Shown: positions 38,121 to 47,344, counted from the first letter of the stretch. The stretch is 64,000 nucleotides of DNA from Dehalococcoidia bacterium UBA7891 (GCA_002500485.1 DLRJ01000113.1:18001-82000); one strand, 5' to 3'. Notes: generated by a model from the sequence alone, not told the origin. A program made the numbers and translations.

Positions 38121-39155
38121 TTATGAGAGGGTATACTTTTTAAGTTTATTGAACCATTTATATTTGAAAGCAAATACAAATGTTAACAGTGCGTACTGAC
38201 TCATTGAGAATATGATGGTAGGAATCATGTCCACATTTTGATTTGGGGTGATGAAAAGAGAAGAACTTGGTATCACTGAATCTTCCAAACCAACTATTAA
38301 ATGTACCCATAAATTATTTGCAATATGTATACCGACAGCTAACTCTATTCCACCGTCAATTAATGTTATTAATCCCATAAACATACCAACCAGAAAAACC
38401 GAAATGAGATATGTTCCGACACCGTATGACCACGGTTCAGGATTCATTAGATGCAAGAAAGCGAAAAGTGATGAAGTAATAATTAAGATCAGTACACGTG
38501 ATTTAAGCAGCAATGAAAAGCCTTGTAATAGATATCCTCTAAAAAACGCTTCTTCTAAACCTGCCTGTATTGGGACAAATATTAAAGCGATTAAAGTAAT
38601 TAGCAATAAATCTGGGACATCGCCCCTGAGTTTCAATTCTGAAGTATTAGTTAGAAGTGTGATCGCCAAGGGAATCACTGCGAACAAAAAAAAGGTGTTT
38701 AGTCCAAACAAACTTCTTTTGTAATCGAATTGAATCCGTTCAGTTAATACCTTCAAAAGATTTTTATTGTGCAAAATTTTGAGGAAGAAATAAAAGCTTG
38801 CAGCACCAATTAAAAAGGTGGTGTGCATGAAAAGAAAATTAGGTGCTTTGGAAGGACCTGTTATTACTAGTTCGTCAAGGTTACAACTGTAACCAGCTAC
38901 TTTTACGATCTTTAGGAGCCAGCAAAATCCGACTAAAGGGAGCGAGCCAATTACTTGCCAAACTATGATGAATATAACTGTAAAAACTATCCATATCCAC
39001 CAGTTATTTTTGCCGGTGGAGGAGTTATCCAGAAAAGATAGCGTCTCGGATTTTATATATGCACCACAGTTTTGGCAGTAGGAGGCTACCGAAGAGGAAA
39101 TCCAGTTCCTACAGTTCAGACATATTTTTGAAGTCTCTCGAATCGTTTCGTCCAT
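38121..39155 (-). CDS. CPBP (CAAX) family intramembrane glutamic protease with an N-terminal zinc-ribbon
   Basis: 344 aa. The N-terminus has CLNC..x12..CQNCG. CPBP motifs EEAFFRGY and FAFLH, plus a distal H (IHIANN). Confidence 0.8.
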   Translation of the reverse strand: MDETIRETSKICLNCRNWISSSVASYCQNCGAYIKSETLSFLDNSSTGKNNWWIWIVFTVIFIIVWQVIGSLPLVGFCWLLKIVKVAGYSCNLDELVITGPSKAPNFLFMHTTFLIGAASFYFFLKILHNKNLLKVLTERIQFDYKRSLFGLNTFFLFAVIPLAITLLTNTSELKLRGDVPDLLLITLIALIFVPIQAGLEEAFFRGYLLQGFSLLLKSRVLILIITSSLFAFLHLMNPEPWSYGVGTYLISVFLVGMFMGLITLIDGGIELAVGIHIANNLWVHLIVGLEDSVIPSSSLFITPNQNVDMIPTIIFSMSQYALLTFVFAFKYKWFNKLKKYTLS

Positions 39156-39286
39156 ATTATGAGGGTATCTGACAAATATATTTTGGACAATAAAACTTAA
39201 TTTTCAATATTTCATTGACGGCTTAGAAGGCATGTGCTAACTTCATTTTCATTACTAATAGCACAAATTTTTTCGAGGACTAACTT

Positions 39287-40477
39287 ATGGCTCAGACGAG
39301 GGAAGCTGCAATTGTAGGAATACACGAATACCCATTAAGGGTGGCGCCTGGCGTTAGCGCTTTGCAAATAAAGGCCGCATCTGCATCCAAGGCATTAGAG
39401 GATGCCGGTTTGTCATGGCAGGATGTAGACGCTGTTTATGACACCGGGTCCCACCAAAATATCGGAGGACTTGGGATTTCGGAATATTTTGGCCTGAATC
39501 CAAGATTGATTGATAACACGAGCGTTGGCGGCACTTCGTATGAGGTTCAAGCTCATCATGCTGCTACTATGATAGCTTCTGGCAAGGCTAATGTTGCCTT
39601 GTTAACATATGGGTCCACAGCTCATTCGGATCGTCGAGCAATAGGAACTGCTGGAGCGACTGGTCAAGGATCCCCAACTCCCTTCAATAACATGGAAGAC
39701 CCTTGGGGAATGACGTTGATATCTGGATACGGCATGGTGAAAGCCCGCCATATGCATCAATATGGCACCACAAATGAGCAGTTCGCAGAGATTTCGGTGG
39801 CCACTAGATATCATGCCATGCGCAATCCTGAGGCTGTGGAAGCTATGACAGCCCTTGAGTTTGTTGGGGTTAATGAAATCACCACCCAGGATGTTCTAGA
39901 TTCAAGGATGATTGCTTGGCCGCTTCATCTTTTGGAGTGTTGCATGGTATCGGATGGTGGTGGAGCAGTTGTGATCGCGTCCAAAGAAGTTGCAAAGAAT
40001 TGCAAAAAATCTCCTGTATGGATTATCGGTGGTGCCGAAGCTACGAAATATAGAGAGAATGGAGGGGATATCACTGTAAGTGCTGGTGCTCAATCAGGAC
40101 CTAGGGCTTTTGAAGACGCTGGAGTATCACCAAACGAAATTGATGTTTTGATGGCATACGATTCATTTTCCATAACCGTAATGTGCATGATTGAAGATTT
40201 AGGATTTTGCAAGAAAGGTGAAGGTGGAGATTATGTCAGTCAAGGGATACTGAAGTTTGATCAAAAAGGGGGCCCCGCTCTTAACACAGATGGGGGAGGG
40301 CTATCTTCAAATCACCCGGGTGAGAGGGGCATTTTCCTTTTGCTTGAAGCGACCAGACAGATGAGAGGAGAATCAACTTCCCAAGTGGATGGTGCCAAAC
40401 TTGCTGTTGCCGTTGGGAATGGTGGTCAATTGGGAGCTAGGCATGCAACCTCACCAACCATTCTTGCCGCGGATTAG
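39287..40477 (+). CDS. thiolase-like protein, SCP-x / archaeal-type (partner of DUF35 protein)
   Basis: 396 aa with a thiolase fold pattern (..MVSDGGGAVVIAS.., ..NTDGGGLSSNHPG..). Followed 20 nt later by a DUF35 gene, the canonical pairing. Confidence 0.8.
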   Translation: MAQTREAAIVGIHEYPLRVAPGVSALQIKAASASKALEDAGLSWQDVDAVYDTGSHQNIGGLGISEYFGLNPRLIDNTSVGGTSYEVQAHHAATMIASGKANVALLTYGSTAHSDRRAIGTAGATGQGSPTPFNNMEDPWGMTLISGYGMVKARHMHQYGTTNEQFAEISVATRYHAMRNPEAVEAMTALEFVGVNEITTQDVLDSRMIAWPLHLLECCMVSDGGGAVVIASKEVAKNCKKSPVWIIGGAEATKYRENGGDITVSAGAQSGPRAFEDAGVSPNEIDVLMAYDSFSITVMCMIEDLGFCKKGEGGDYVSQGILKFDQKGGPALNTDGGGLSSNHPGERGIFLLLEATRQMRGESTSQVDGAKLAVAVGNGGQLGARHATSPTILAAD

Positions 40478-40497
40478 TAAATCAGGAGAATTATAAA

Positions 40498-40920
40498 ATG
40501 ACATTGAGACCTCAGCCTAGATTTCCAGAACCTGACACCGAGCCATTTTGGGAAGCGACCAAGGAAAAAAATCTTGTTTACCAAACATGTGATAATCCAG
40601 ATTGCACCGATAAGGTGATTTTTTACCCTAGAGCCCACTGCGACACCTGCGGTGGTTTAAAGACCAGTTGGAACACCTCAAAAGGCGAAGGTGTTGTGTA
40701 CACATACAGTGTTGTAATGCAGAGTCGACATCCGGCCTTCAAAGATTTAGGGCCATATGCTGTGGCCTATGTAGATCTAGATGAAGGCTTTAGGATGATG
40801 ACCAATGTTATAAATGTGGATAACCCAATTAGTGATATACAGATTGGTATGAAGGTTAAATTAGTTTGGCAGGAACAAGGTGAAGGAGAGATCTCACTTC
40901 CAATGTTTGAGCCTGCCTAA
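40498..40920 (+). CDS. Zn-ribbon / OB-fold protein (DUF35 family)
   Basis: 140 aa. Rubredoxin-like C..C..x..FYPRAHCDTCGG, followed by an OB-fold segment (..VVYTYSVV.., ..AYVDLDEG..). Confidence 0.85.
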   Translation: MTLRPQPRFPEPDTEPFWEATKEKNLVYQTCDNPDCTDKVIFYPRAHCDTCGGLKTSWNTSKGEGVVYTYSVVMQSRHPAFKDLGPYAVAYVDLDEGFRMMTNVINVDNPISDIQIGMKVKLVWQEQGEGEISLPMFEPA

Positions 40921-41008
40921 ATTTTAGCTGCTCTTGAAAAAGGTTAATCACGAATTCATATCAGCCTTCTTGAAGTATTAGCTTAAGCGAATTTAAGAAG
41001 GGGGATTT

Positions 41009-42418
41009 ATGCAGCATCACCCAGTGCCACTTAAAGCGACTCTGGATTCCTTACCTCCACTTTGGCCTCAGGATGTGCTACCTCAAATAAGAACAATATT
41101 AACTGAAACTCCATCTATGGTTTTCGTTTTGGATGACGACCCGACGGGGGCTCAAACTGTCCAAGATGCCTCATTTTTAACTGAATGGACTCGTGACATG
41201 CTACTTTCCGAGTATCATCAACCTGAGAAGGCAACCTTCCTGCTGACAAACACAAGGGCAAAAACGGAAGCGGAGGCAGTGGAGATAAATACCACACTCG
41301 GTAGGGAATTTGACCAACTAGCAAATTACTTGAAGATACCCATCTCAATAATATCCAGGTCAGATTCGACTCTCCGTGGACACTTTCCTGCAGAATTGCA
41401 TGCTTTGGCGAAGGGAATGGGGAACTCCCATGATGGTATTGTCTTTATCCCTTTTTTTATTCAAGGGGGACGTTACACGATTGATGATATCCAATACGTC
41501 GCAGGGGAAGGCATGCTGGCGCCGGTAGGACAAACGCCCTTTGCTAGAGATTCTGCATTTGGTTACGAATCATCAAATTTACGTGATTGGATAGAAGAAA
41601 AAACTTTTGGGAAAGTTCTGGCTAAAGATGTATTGAGTGTTTCGATAGACGATATCAGAATTGGTGGTCCAGATGTGGTGGCAGAAAAACTAAAAGATAT
41701 GAAATCCAGCGATATATGCATAATTAATGCAGCAGATATGAGAGATTTGGATGTAGTGGCTCTGGCAATGTTGACTTTGCAAAATATCTATGGGAAAAAT
41801 TATTTAATACGTTCTTCTGCTTCGTTTGTTAGATCTCGACTTGGGCAAGAGGAACGACCTATCCTTACCAAGAAAGAAATGGGATACACAAGAAAAGGGG
41901 GGGCGCTCATTCTCGTTGGTTCTCATGTGCCGGGTAGTACTTCTCAGCTAGAGAGTCTCCTAAATCTACCGAATGTATATGGTTTGGAGTTGGACGTACA
42001 TAAAGTTCTTCAACATGACAAAGAGCAAATAATTTCGATAACTGAACAAACCGATAGACTTTTGGCAGAATCGAAGGATATTGTTATTTATACGAGTCGA
42101 GAAGTCGTAACCGGATCGTCTCCTGATGAATATTTAGAAATAGGGACTACTATCACCGAGGCGATAACAGAAGTCGTTTCTGATATCACAATCACCCCAA
42201 GGTACATTATATCTAAAGGCGGTATGACATCCTCAAATATCATTGTTAATGCCTTGAAAATAAAAAGGGCCACTGTTCTTGGGCAAATTGCTTCTGGAGT
42301 TTTGGTATTACAGTTGGGTTTGGAATCCAAATACCCAGGATCTAAATTAATTCTATGGCCTGGAAATGTAGGCGGGCCTACAGCTATTTCAGATGTGGTA
42401 TTGAGGATGAGGACTTAG
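41009..42418 (+). CDS. four-carbon acid-sugar kinase family protein (DUF1537)
   Basis: 469 aa. N-terminal ..VLDDDPTGAQTV.., ..TNTRA.., ..SRSDSTLRGH.. and C-terminal ..KGGMTSS.. match the DUF1537 two-domain pattern. Confidence 0.8.
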   Translation: MQHHPVPLKATLDSLPPLWPQDVLPQIRTILTETPSMVFVLDDDPTGAQTVQDASFLTEWTRDMLLSEYHQPEKATFLLTNTRAKTEAEAVEINTTLGREFDQLANYLKIPISIISRSDSTLRGHFPAELHALAKGMGNSHDGIVFIPFFIQGGRYTIDDIQYVAGEGMLAPVGQTPFARDSAFGYESSNLRDWIEEKTFGKVLAKDVLSVSIDDIRIGGPDVVAEKLKDMKSSDICIINAADMRDLDVVALAMLTLQNIYGKNYLIRSSASFVRSRLGQEERPILTKKEMGYTRKGGALILVGSHVPGSTSQLESLLNLPNVYGLELDVHKVLQHDKEQIISITEQTDRLLAESKDIVIYTSREVVTGSSPDEYLEIGTTITEAITEVVSDITITPRYIISKGGMTSSNIIVNALKIKRATVLGQIASGVLVLQLGLESKYPGSKLILWPGNVGGPTAISDVVLRMRT

Positions 42419-42426
42419 AGTATCAG

Positions 42427-43260
42427 ATGTTTGCAACCTCTTCAGATATTTTGAAATGGGCAGATTCTCAGCATGTCGCGATAGGCGGCTTTAATGTTTA
42501 CAATTTTGAGGGAATAAAGGCTGTTATAGAAGGGGCCGAAGAAGAGGAAACTCCGATAATTATTCAGATGCATCCGGCATCGCTTCAGAGGGGAGCTAAG
42601 CCTCTAATGGCTATGGCATTGGAGGCAGCCAACCTATCCAAAGTACCAGTTTCTATTCATCTTGATCATGTAGATAGTTTGGAAGTTGTTAAGGAGGGTA
42701 TTGATTTCGGTCTTCAGTCTTTCATGCCCGATGGATCAATACATAACTATCAAGGAAACGTGGAATTTACCCGGTTATGTGCTCGAATAATTAAGGATAA
42801 TGAAGGTTTTGTAGAGGGAGAATTAGGCCGGCTTTCGGGTACTGAGGATGGTACAACCATTGAAAATTACAAGTCACTTTTGACAGATCCGTTGCAAGTG
42901 ATCGATTTTGTGTCCAGTACTACGATTGATGCCCTTGCGGTCTGTGTTGGTAATGTACATGGGAAATACCTCTCTGAACCAAAGTTGGATTTTCAGCGGT
43001 TGTACAGAATACGTGAAGCTACAGAGATCCCGCTCGTAATGCATGGTGCGTCAGGTCTACCGAATGAAATTATTTCAGAATGTATACGTGCCGGGATATC
43101 AAAATTTAATGTTAATACTGAGTTAAGACAGGCATACATTTTGGGTATGTCAGAAGCTGTAGACCAAGGAATGTCTGATTTAATATCCGTGATGAATTTA
43201 TGTATTGTTAAGATGAGAGAAGTAGTGGTGTCTAAAATTCGCCAGTATTCATTTATATAA
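42427..43260 (+). CDS. class II fructose/tagatose-bisphosphate aldolase family protein
   Basis: 277 aa from the ATG at 42427 (MFATSSDILKW..); the ORF-track start at 42355 lies inside the kinase gene. Motifs IHLDH, EGELGRLSGTEDG, VGNVHG and LVMHGASG. Confidence 0.85.
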   Translation: MFATSSDILKWADSQHVAIGGFNVYNFEGIKAVIEGAEEEETPIIIQMHPASLQRGAKPLMAMALEAANLSKVPVSIHLDHVDSLEVVKEGIDFGLQSFMPDGSIHNYQGNVEFTRLCARIIKDNEGFVEGELGRLSGTEDGTTIENYKSLLTDPLQVIDFVSSTTIDALAVCVGNVHGKYLSEPKLDFQRLYRIREATEIPLVMHGASGLPNEIISECIRAGISKFNVNTELRQAYILGMSEAVDQGMSDLISVMNLCIVKMREVVVSKIRQYSFI

Positions 43261-43291
43261 TGATTAGATACCGCATTTAATGTAAAAACCG

Positions 43292-44824
43292 TCACCAATC
43301 GCCAGTTTTTATGAAATCAGCTATTCTTTCTCCTATCAACATTGCCGCAACGTTAGTGTTTGCTCTAGGACAATCTGGCAATATGGAAGCATCAGCAATC
43401 CTCAATTGTTCAGTTCCATATACGACACCATATTGGTCTACAACCGCTTCCGCATCTGACTTTGGACCCATTTTGCAGGTACCCGAAATGTGATGCATAG
43501 TCAAAACGTTTTCCAGCATCCACCGATCAAGTAAGTCGTCGTTGTTTATGGTGATCTCATCTGGAGAAAGTCTCGCAACTATGGTGTCGGTGAAACTGGG
43601 TGCCTTGGCTATTTTGTCGGCGAGCCTAACCCCTTCTCTTAATCTTTTAAGATCATATTTATGGCTTAACAGGTTGTAGTCTAGGATGGGTTGTGTATGA
43701 ATATCGGTGGATTGAAGTGAAATTCTGCCCACACTTTCAGCTAGATATATTCCTACAGAGATCATGAGCGCACCGACATCACCTATTTCATGACTAAAAC
43801 GCATAATCATGATCATGTCGTTTTGGTATTTGGAATCTTGGGAGGTGTACCGCAAGGCGACTTTTTGCGGACCTATTTTTTGTTTTGGTTTGTTGAATGA
43901 AGAATGGGGTGTCCATGTAGTGTGAACTGTTGGGTGATCTCGAAGATTTTTTCCTACACCGGGTAGATCACTTACTACACTAATGTGGAATGGCGACAAT
44001 AATTTTTCTGATCCAATGCCGGATAGCATTAAAATTTGAGGTGTTGCTATTGAACCCGCTGATAAGATTACCTCTGTTCCTTCAACTTTGAAAATTTCAC
44101 CACCACTGATCACTTCAACACCGGTTGCTACATTTCGATCAAATACGATTTTTTGGGCGACACAATTTGGCTTAATAGTTAAATTCAGGCGATGTCTACT
44201 TTGAGAAAGGTAACCAAGCGCAGTACTGAATCTTATGCCGTCAGGGTTGTTAAGAGGATATGGTCCGACACCCGTTGCGTCCGGTAGGTTGTGATCTATA
44301 TTTTCCTCGTAGCCTAAATATTTACAAGCTTTATAGAAAGCCAATTGGTCATCAGTTAAGGAATTAAGAGGATGTCTTTTTACTAAAATAGGCCCATCTT
44401 GACCGTGAAAGTCGCCGTCATAATCTAGGTCTGTTTCAATTTTAAGGAGGTAAGGCAGGCATTCTTTAAAACTCCACCTGTCATTGCCCCATTCAACCCA
44501 TCTTTCAAAATCCTCTGGTAGTGGACGTAGAAAAACCTGACCATTTATGGCGCTAGTACCTCCTGTTACCTTTCCACGAGGAATGGGCATGGTTTTTGAT
44601 AATGTGGAAGCTGTACCGGTAAATTGCCAATCATGAATACCACCTACAACTATGTCAGGTCCAGTTCCCCATCCATGTTTTAAATCAAAGGGTAAGGTTC
44701 CAAAATCTGGATAATCTGGCCCAGCTTCCAATAGGAGAACGGAACAATCAGGATCCTCTGACAAACGAGATGCCAGAACTGCCCCGGCAGAGCCGGCGCC
44801 TATAACAATCTTGTCGTACTTCAC
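43292..44824 (-). CDS. GMC family FAD-dependent oxidoreductase (choline dehydrogenase-like)
   Basis: 510 aa. Reads IVIGAGSAGAVLASRLSED, GKVTGGTSAINGQVF and a C-terminal HISGTCKMG. Confidence 0.88.
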   Translation of the reverse strand: MKYDKIVIGAGSAGAVLASRLSEDPDCSVLLLEAGPDYPDFGTLPFDLKHGWGTGPDIVVGGIHDWQFTGTASTLSKTMPIPRGKVTGGTSAINGQVFLRPLPEDFERWVEWGNDRWSFKECLPYLLKIETDLDYDGDFHGQDGPILVKRHPLNSLTDDQLAFYKACKYLGYEENIDHNLPDATGVGPYPLNNPDGIRFSTALGYLSQSRHRLNLTIKPNCVAQKIVFDRNVATGVEVISGGEIFKVEGTEVILSAGSIATPQILMLSGIGSEKLLSPFHISVVSDLPGVGKNLRDHPTVHTTWTPHSSFNKPKQKIGPQKVALRYTSQDSKYQNDMIMIMRFSHEIGDVGALMISVGIYLAESVGRISLQSTDIHTQPILDYNLLSHKYDLKRLREGVRLADKIAKAPSFTDTIVARLSPDEITINNDDLLDRWMLENVLTMHHISGTCKMGPKSDAEAVVDQYGVVYGTEQLRIADASILPDCPRANTNVAAMLIGERIADFIKTGDW

Positions 44825-44834
44825 TTTGCACTCC

Positions 44835-45254
44835 TCATCGATTATAAAAAGAAGAAGCTATCGCAAAAAGACCTGATGGAATATAAAACGTTCCAACGGA
44901 TGAAATACTTATAAGGATAAACACTACAAAAATGATTGACACGGCCCACGAGTAAGATTTCCATCTAAGAATCAAGGTTTTGTGATTATTGTTGGCAGCC
45001 TTAGCCATTATTGAAGAAAAAATACATACTCCGGATAAAACCCAAGGTAATATTATGACGAAAAGACCTTGTGGACCCAACGCTTCAAAGATAGTTTTAT
45101 TTGTCTGGAATTGTTGGGTGAAATTGCCAGAATCTGTTATTTGCTCGAAGTCACTAATGACTGGGAAAAAGAGCAATAATAGACCTGCTAGCATGGCTGC
45201 AATGTGTGAAAACCCAGCGAGGATTGTTGATTTATGAAGTAGGGTCATCGCCAA
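44835..45254 (-). CDS. hypothetical 4-TM membrane protein
   Basis: 139 aa with four hydrophobic segments and no recognisable motif. The start overlaps the sirtuin stop region by 23 nt, and the gene ends 10 nt before the GMC start. Confidence 0.55.
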   Translation of the reverse strand: MAMTLLHKSTILAGFSHIAAMLAGLLLLFFPVISDFEQITDSGNFTQQFQTNKTIFEALGPQGLFVIILPWVLSGVCIFSSIMAKAANNNHKTLILRWKSYSWAVSIIFVVFILISISSVGTFYIPSGLFAIASSFYNR

Positions 45255-46056
45255 TAATTCCCTTTATCTCGGCTACTAATTTTGGCAAAGAATCTTCTGT
45301 GGGGCCTTTTATAGACTCGGTAGCCGCTTCAGATATCGGAGTCTCCTCCGGGTTAATTTCTATTATTTTTCCACCGGAAGATGAAACTTCCCTTGGGAAA
45401 CCAGCGGCTGGGTATACTGTTGCTGAAGTCCCAATGACCAAAATGCAGTCGGCCAGTCTAGTTTCATTTACACAAGTATTTAAGGTCGAAAACGGAATGG
45501 GTTCACCAAACATTACAGTATCTGGTTTCACGATTCCTAAGCATGTATTACATTTGGGAGGTAGGTTTTGTTTCCAATCCAATCTTATTTGGTCAAACTC
45601 ATCTCGATGCCATCTCATATCACAATTGACACATCGTAATTTGATTCTATTTCCGTGTATTTCGGTCACATTCTTGGATCCGGCAATGTGATGTAAGTTG
45701 TCTATATTTTGAGTAATTTGGTGTTTTAAAATATTAAGTTTTTCAAGATTTACCAATGCTAAGTGGCCAGGGTTTGGTTTTGCTTTTTCAATTGCCTCTC
45801 GAAATTGAGTTCTTTCAGGATCAACTTCAGAATTTAGGTTTTGTTCCCACCATGCTTTAGGGTCGGCAAGAAAATTTTCGTATCCGTTGTTGGGTGGTTC
45901 ACCTAATTTTGTCCATAATCCGCCGGCACCTCTAAAAGTAGGTATTCCACTTTCAACTGATAATCCGGCACCAATCAAGGCTATGGTATATCGAGATTGA
46001 ACTATTATTTTGGCAGCAGCAGATATTGATTTTTGTTTTTTAATTTCCATTTCCAT
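45232..46056 (-). CDS. cobB: NAD-dependent protein deacylase, Sir2 family
   Basis: 274 aa. Reads GAGLSVESGIPTFRG, QNIDNLH and a catalytic HG. Zn-ribbon CVNC..x..CNTC, then GTSATVYPAAG. Confidence 0.85.
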   Translation of the reverse strand: MEMEIKKQKSISAAAKIIVQSRYTIALIGAGLSVESGIPTFRGAGGLWTKLGEPPNNGYENFLADPKAWWEQNLNSEVDPERTQFREAIEKAKPNPGHLALVNLEKLNILKHQITQNIDNLHHIAGSKNVTEIHGNRIKLRCVNCDMRWHRDEFDQIRLDWKQNLPPKCNTCLGIVKPDTVMFGEPIPFSTLNTCVNETRLADCILVIGTSATVYPAAGFPREVSSSGGKIIEINPEETPISEAATESIKGPTEDSLPKLVAEIKGIIGDDPTS

Positions 46057-46062
46057 TCAATT

Positions 46063-47235
46063 CTAAATTGTTTTTACGGAACCGTTTAAAACTTCCAATC
46101 TGTTGGAACTATTTACAAATGATTCCGGAATGTTACTCGGTTCAGCGGTAGTTAGAATAACTTGATCGTGCTTTTCTAGGTGTTCTACTAACTTTTCTCT
46201 GCGTGTTTGGTCTAACTCGGACATTACATCGTCCAGCAACAACACAGGTTTTGTAGTCCTACGGGCATATAAAAATTCTGATTCAGCCATCTTTAAAGCT
46301 AAAATAGCCGTTCTTGACTGGCCTCTAGAGGCGTACTTTGAGGCCTCCATATTATCAATTGCAAATATTAAATCGTCTCTATGGGGACCAATACTTGTAG
46401 ATCCTTGGGCTATGTCCTTTCTTCTGGACTCTTCCAGATCCTTTAAGAAATTTTCCAGATCTATGTATTCAGAGAGATGATCTGTTCTCGCGTAACGAAT
46501 ACTCATTTTTTCATTTCTACCACCCATAAGTCTATGAAACGGAAGAGATGCGCCTTCTAATATTTTCACGGCTTCTTGCCGTTTTCTTGTGAGAAGAACA
46601 GCATTTTTTGCTAATTGTTGGTCCCAAAATGTTAGTTCGTTTGCCGAAGAGGAGCCGTCCCGTATCAATCTCAAAAGATGGTTTCTTTGAGTATTTGCTT
46701 TTTGATACTGCTGTATGGATGAAAGATATTCCTTGTCGACTTGAGAAAGTAGTATGTCAAGATATCTACGCCTCACAGACGGGCTACCATATATTAGGTC
46801 TAGGTCACCAACGCTAAATAAAACGGCGTTAACAATGCCTACCAACTCGGAAGATCTTTTTGGAGAACCGTTAATCCGTATAAATTTTTGTGCAACGAAC
46901 CCGTGAATATTCTGTGATAGCTGGCACCTATAATGGATCTCGAGATTTTCTGATCCCTGGGTGTGTTCAGTAACACATCCGATTTTGGAGTAACTCAATT
47001 CCTGCTGGTTGAGTTGTAGTACAGAGGATTTGTTGATTAATTCTCTGTCAGTGGTGACTTTTGGTGACTTGGCAATGGCCATCATATAGATTGCCTCTAG
47101 AAGATTACTTTTGCCATGGCCATTTGCTCCTTGAATAACTGTGGTCCCAGGAGGCAACGCGAGTTCCAAACTGTCATAATTTCGAAAATTAAGAAGGCTT
47201 AAATGGGAGATGCGAATGAGAATTCTCCAAAGCAA
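46063..47235 (-). CDS. recF: DNA replication/repair protein RecF
   Basis: 390 aa with a TTG start (exact start uncertain). Reads ..LSLLNFRNY.., Walker A GANGHGKSNLLEAI, signature ..ASRGQSRT.. and Walker B LLLDDVMSELD. Confidence 0.9.
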   Translation of the reverse strand: MLWRILIRISHLSLLNFRNYDSLELALPPGTTVIQGANGHGKSNLLEAIYMMAIAKSPKVTTDRELINKSSVLQLNQQELSYSKIGCVTEHTQGSENLEIHYRCQLSQNIHGFVAQKFIRINGSPKRSSELVGIVNAVLFSVGDLDLIYGSPSVRRRYLDILLSQVDKEYLSSIQQYQKANTQRNHLLRLIRDGSSSANELTFWDQQLAKNAVLLTRKRQEAVKILEGASLPFHRLMGGRNEKMSIRYARTDHLSEYIDLENFLKDLEESRRKDIAQGSTSIGPHRDDLIFAIDNMEASKYASRGQSRTAILALKMAESEFLYARRTTKPVLLLDDVMSELDQTRREKLVEHLEKHDQVILTTAEPSNIPESFVNSSNRLEVLNGSVKTI

Positions 47236-47344
47236 GTGCAGTGTGTCGTAATCCGCTGTTATTGGAAGGATTTTAGCATGTTAGTTATATCGTGTGAGTT
47301 ATATAGTTATTCTGAAAAGTTTTTGAAGGTTTAGGAGATTAGTA

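Noticed and set aside
38248-38724. A 158-aa plus-strand ORF antisense to the CPBP protease gene. The antisense ORFs at 13565-13990, 9967-10380, 9058-9414 and 18238-18624 are similar cases.
   Set aside because: Each lies fully inside a well-supported gene on the opposite strand and has a compositionally odd translation. I treated them as shadow ORFs.
45206-45691. A 161-aa plus-strand ORF antisense to the Sir2 gene.
   Set aside because: The sirtuin on the other strand has all its canonical motifs. The antisense product has none and no RBS.
45232-46056. The Sir2-domain protein as an anti-phage defence effector (Thoeris ThsA, DSR or SIR2-HerA-like).
   Set aside because: It is small (274 aa) with the complete canonical sirtuin motif set and a Zn ribbon. 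It has no SLOG, helicase or pAgo partner, and its neighbours are housekeeping genes. It looks like an ordinary CobB-type deacylase.
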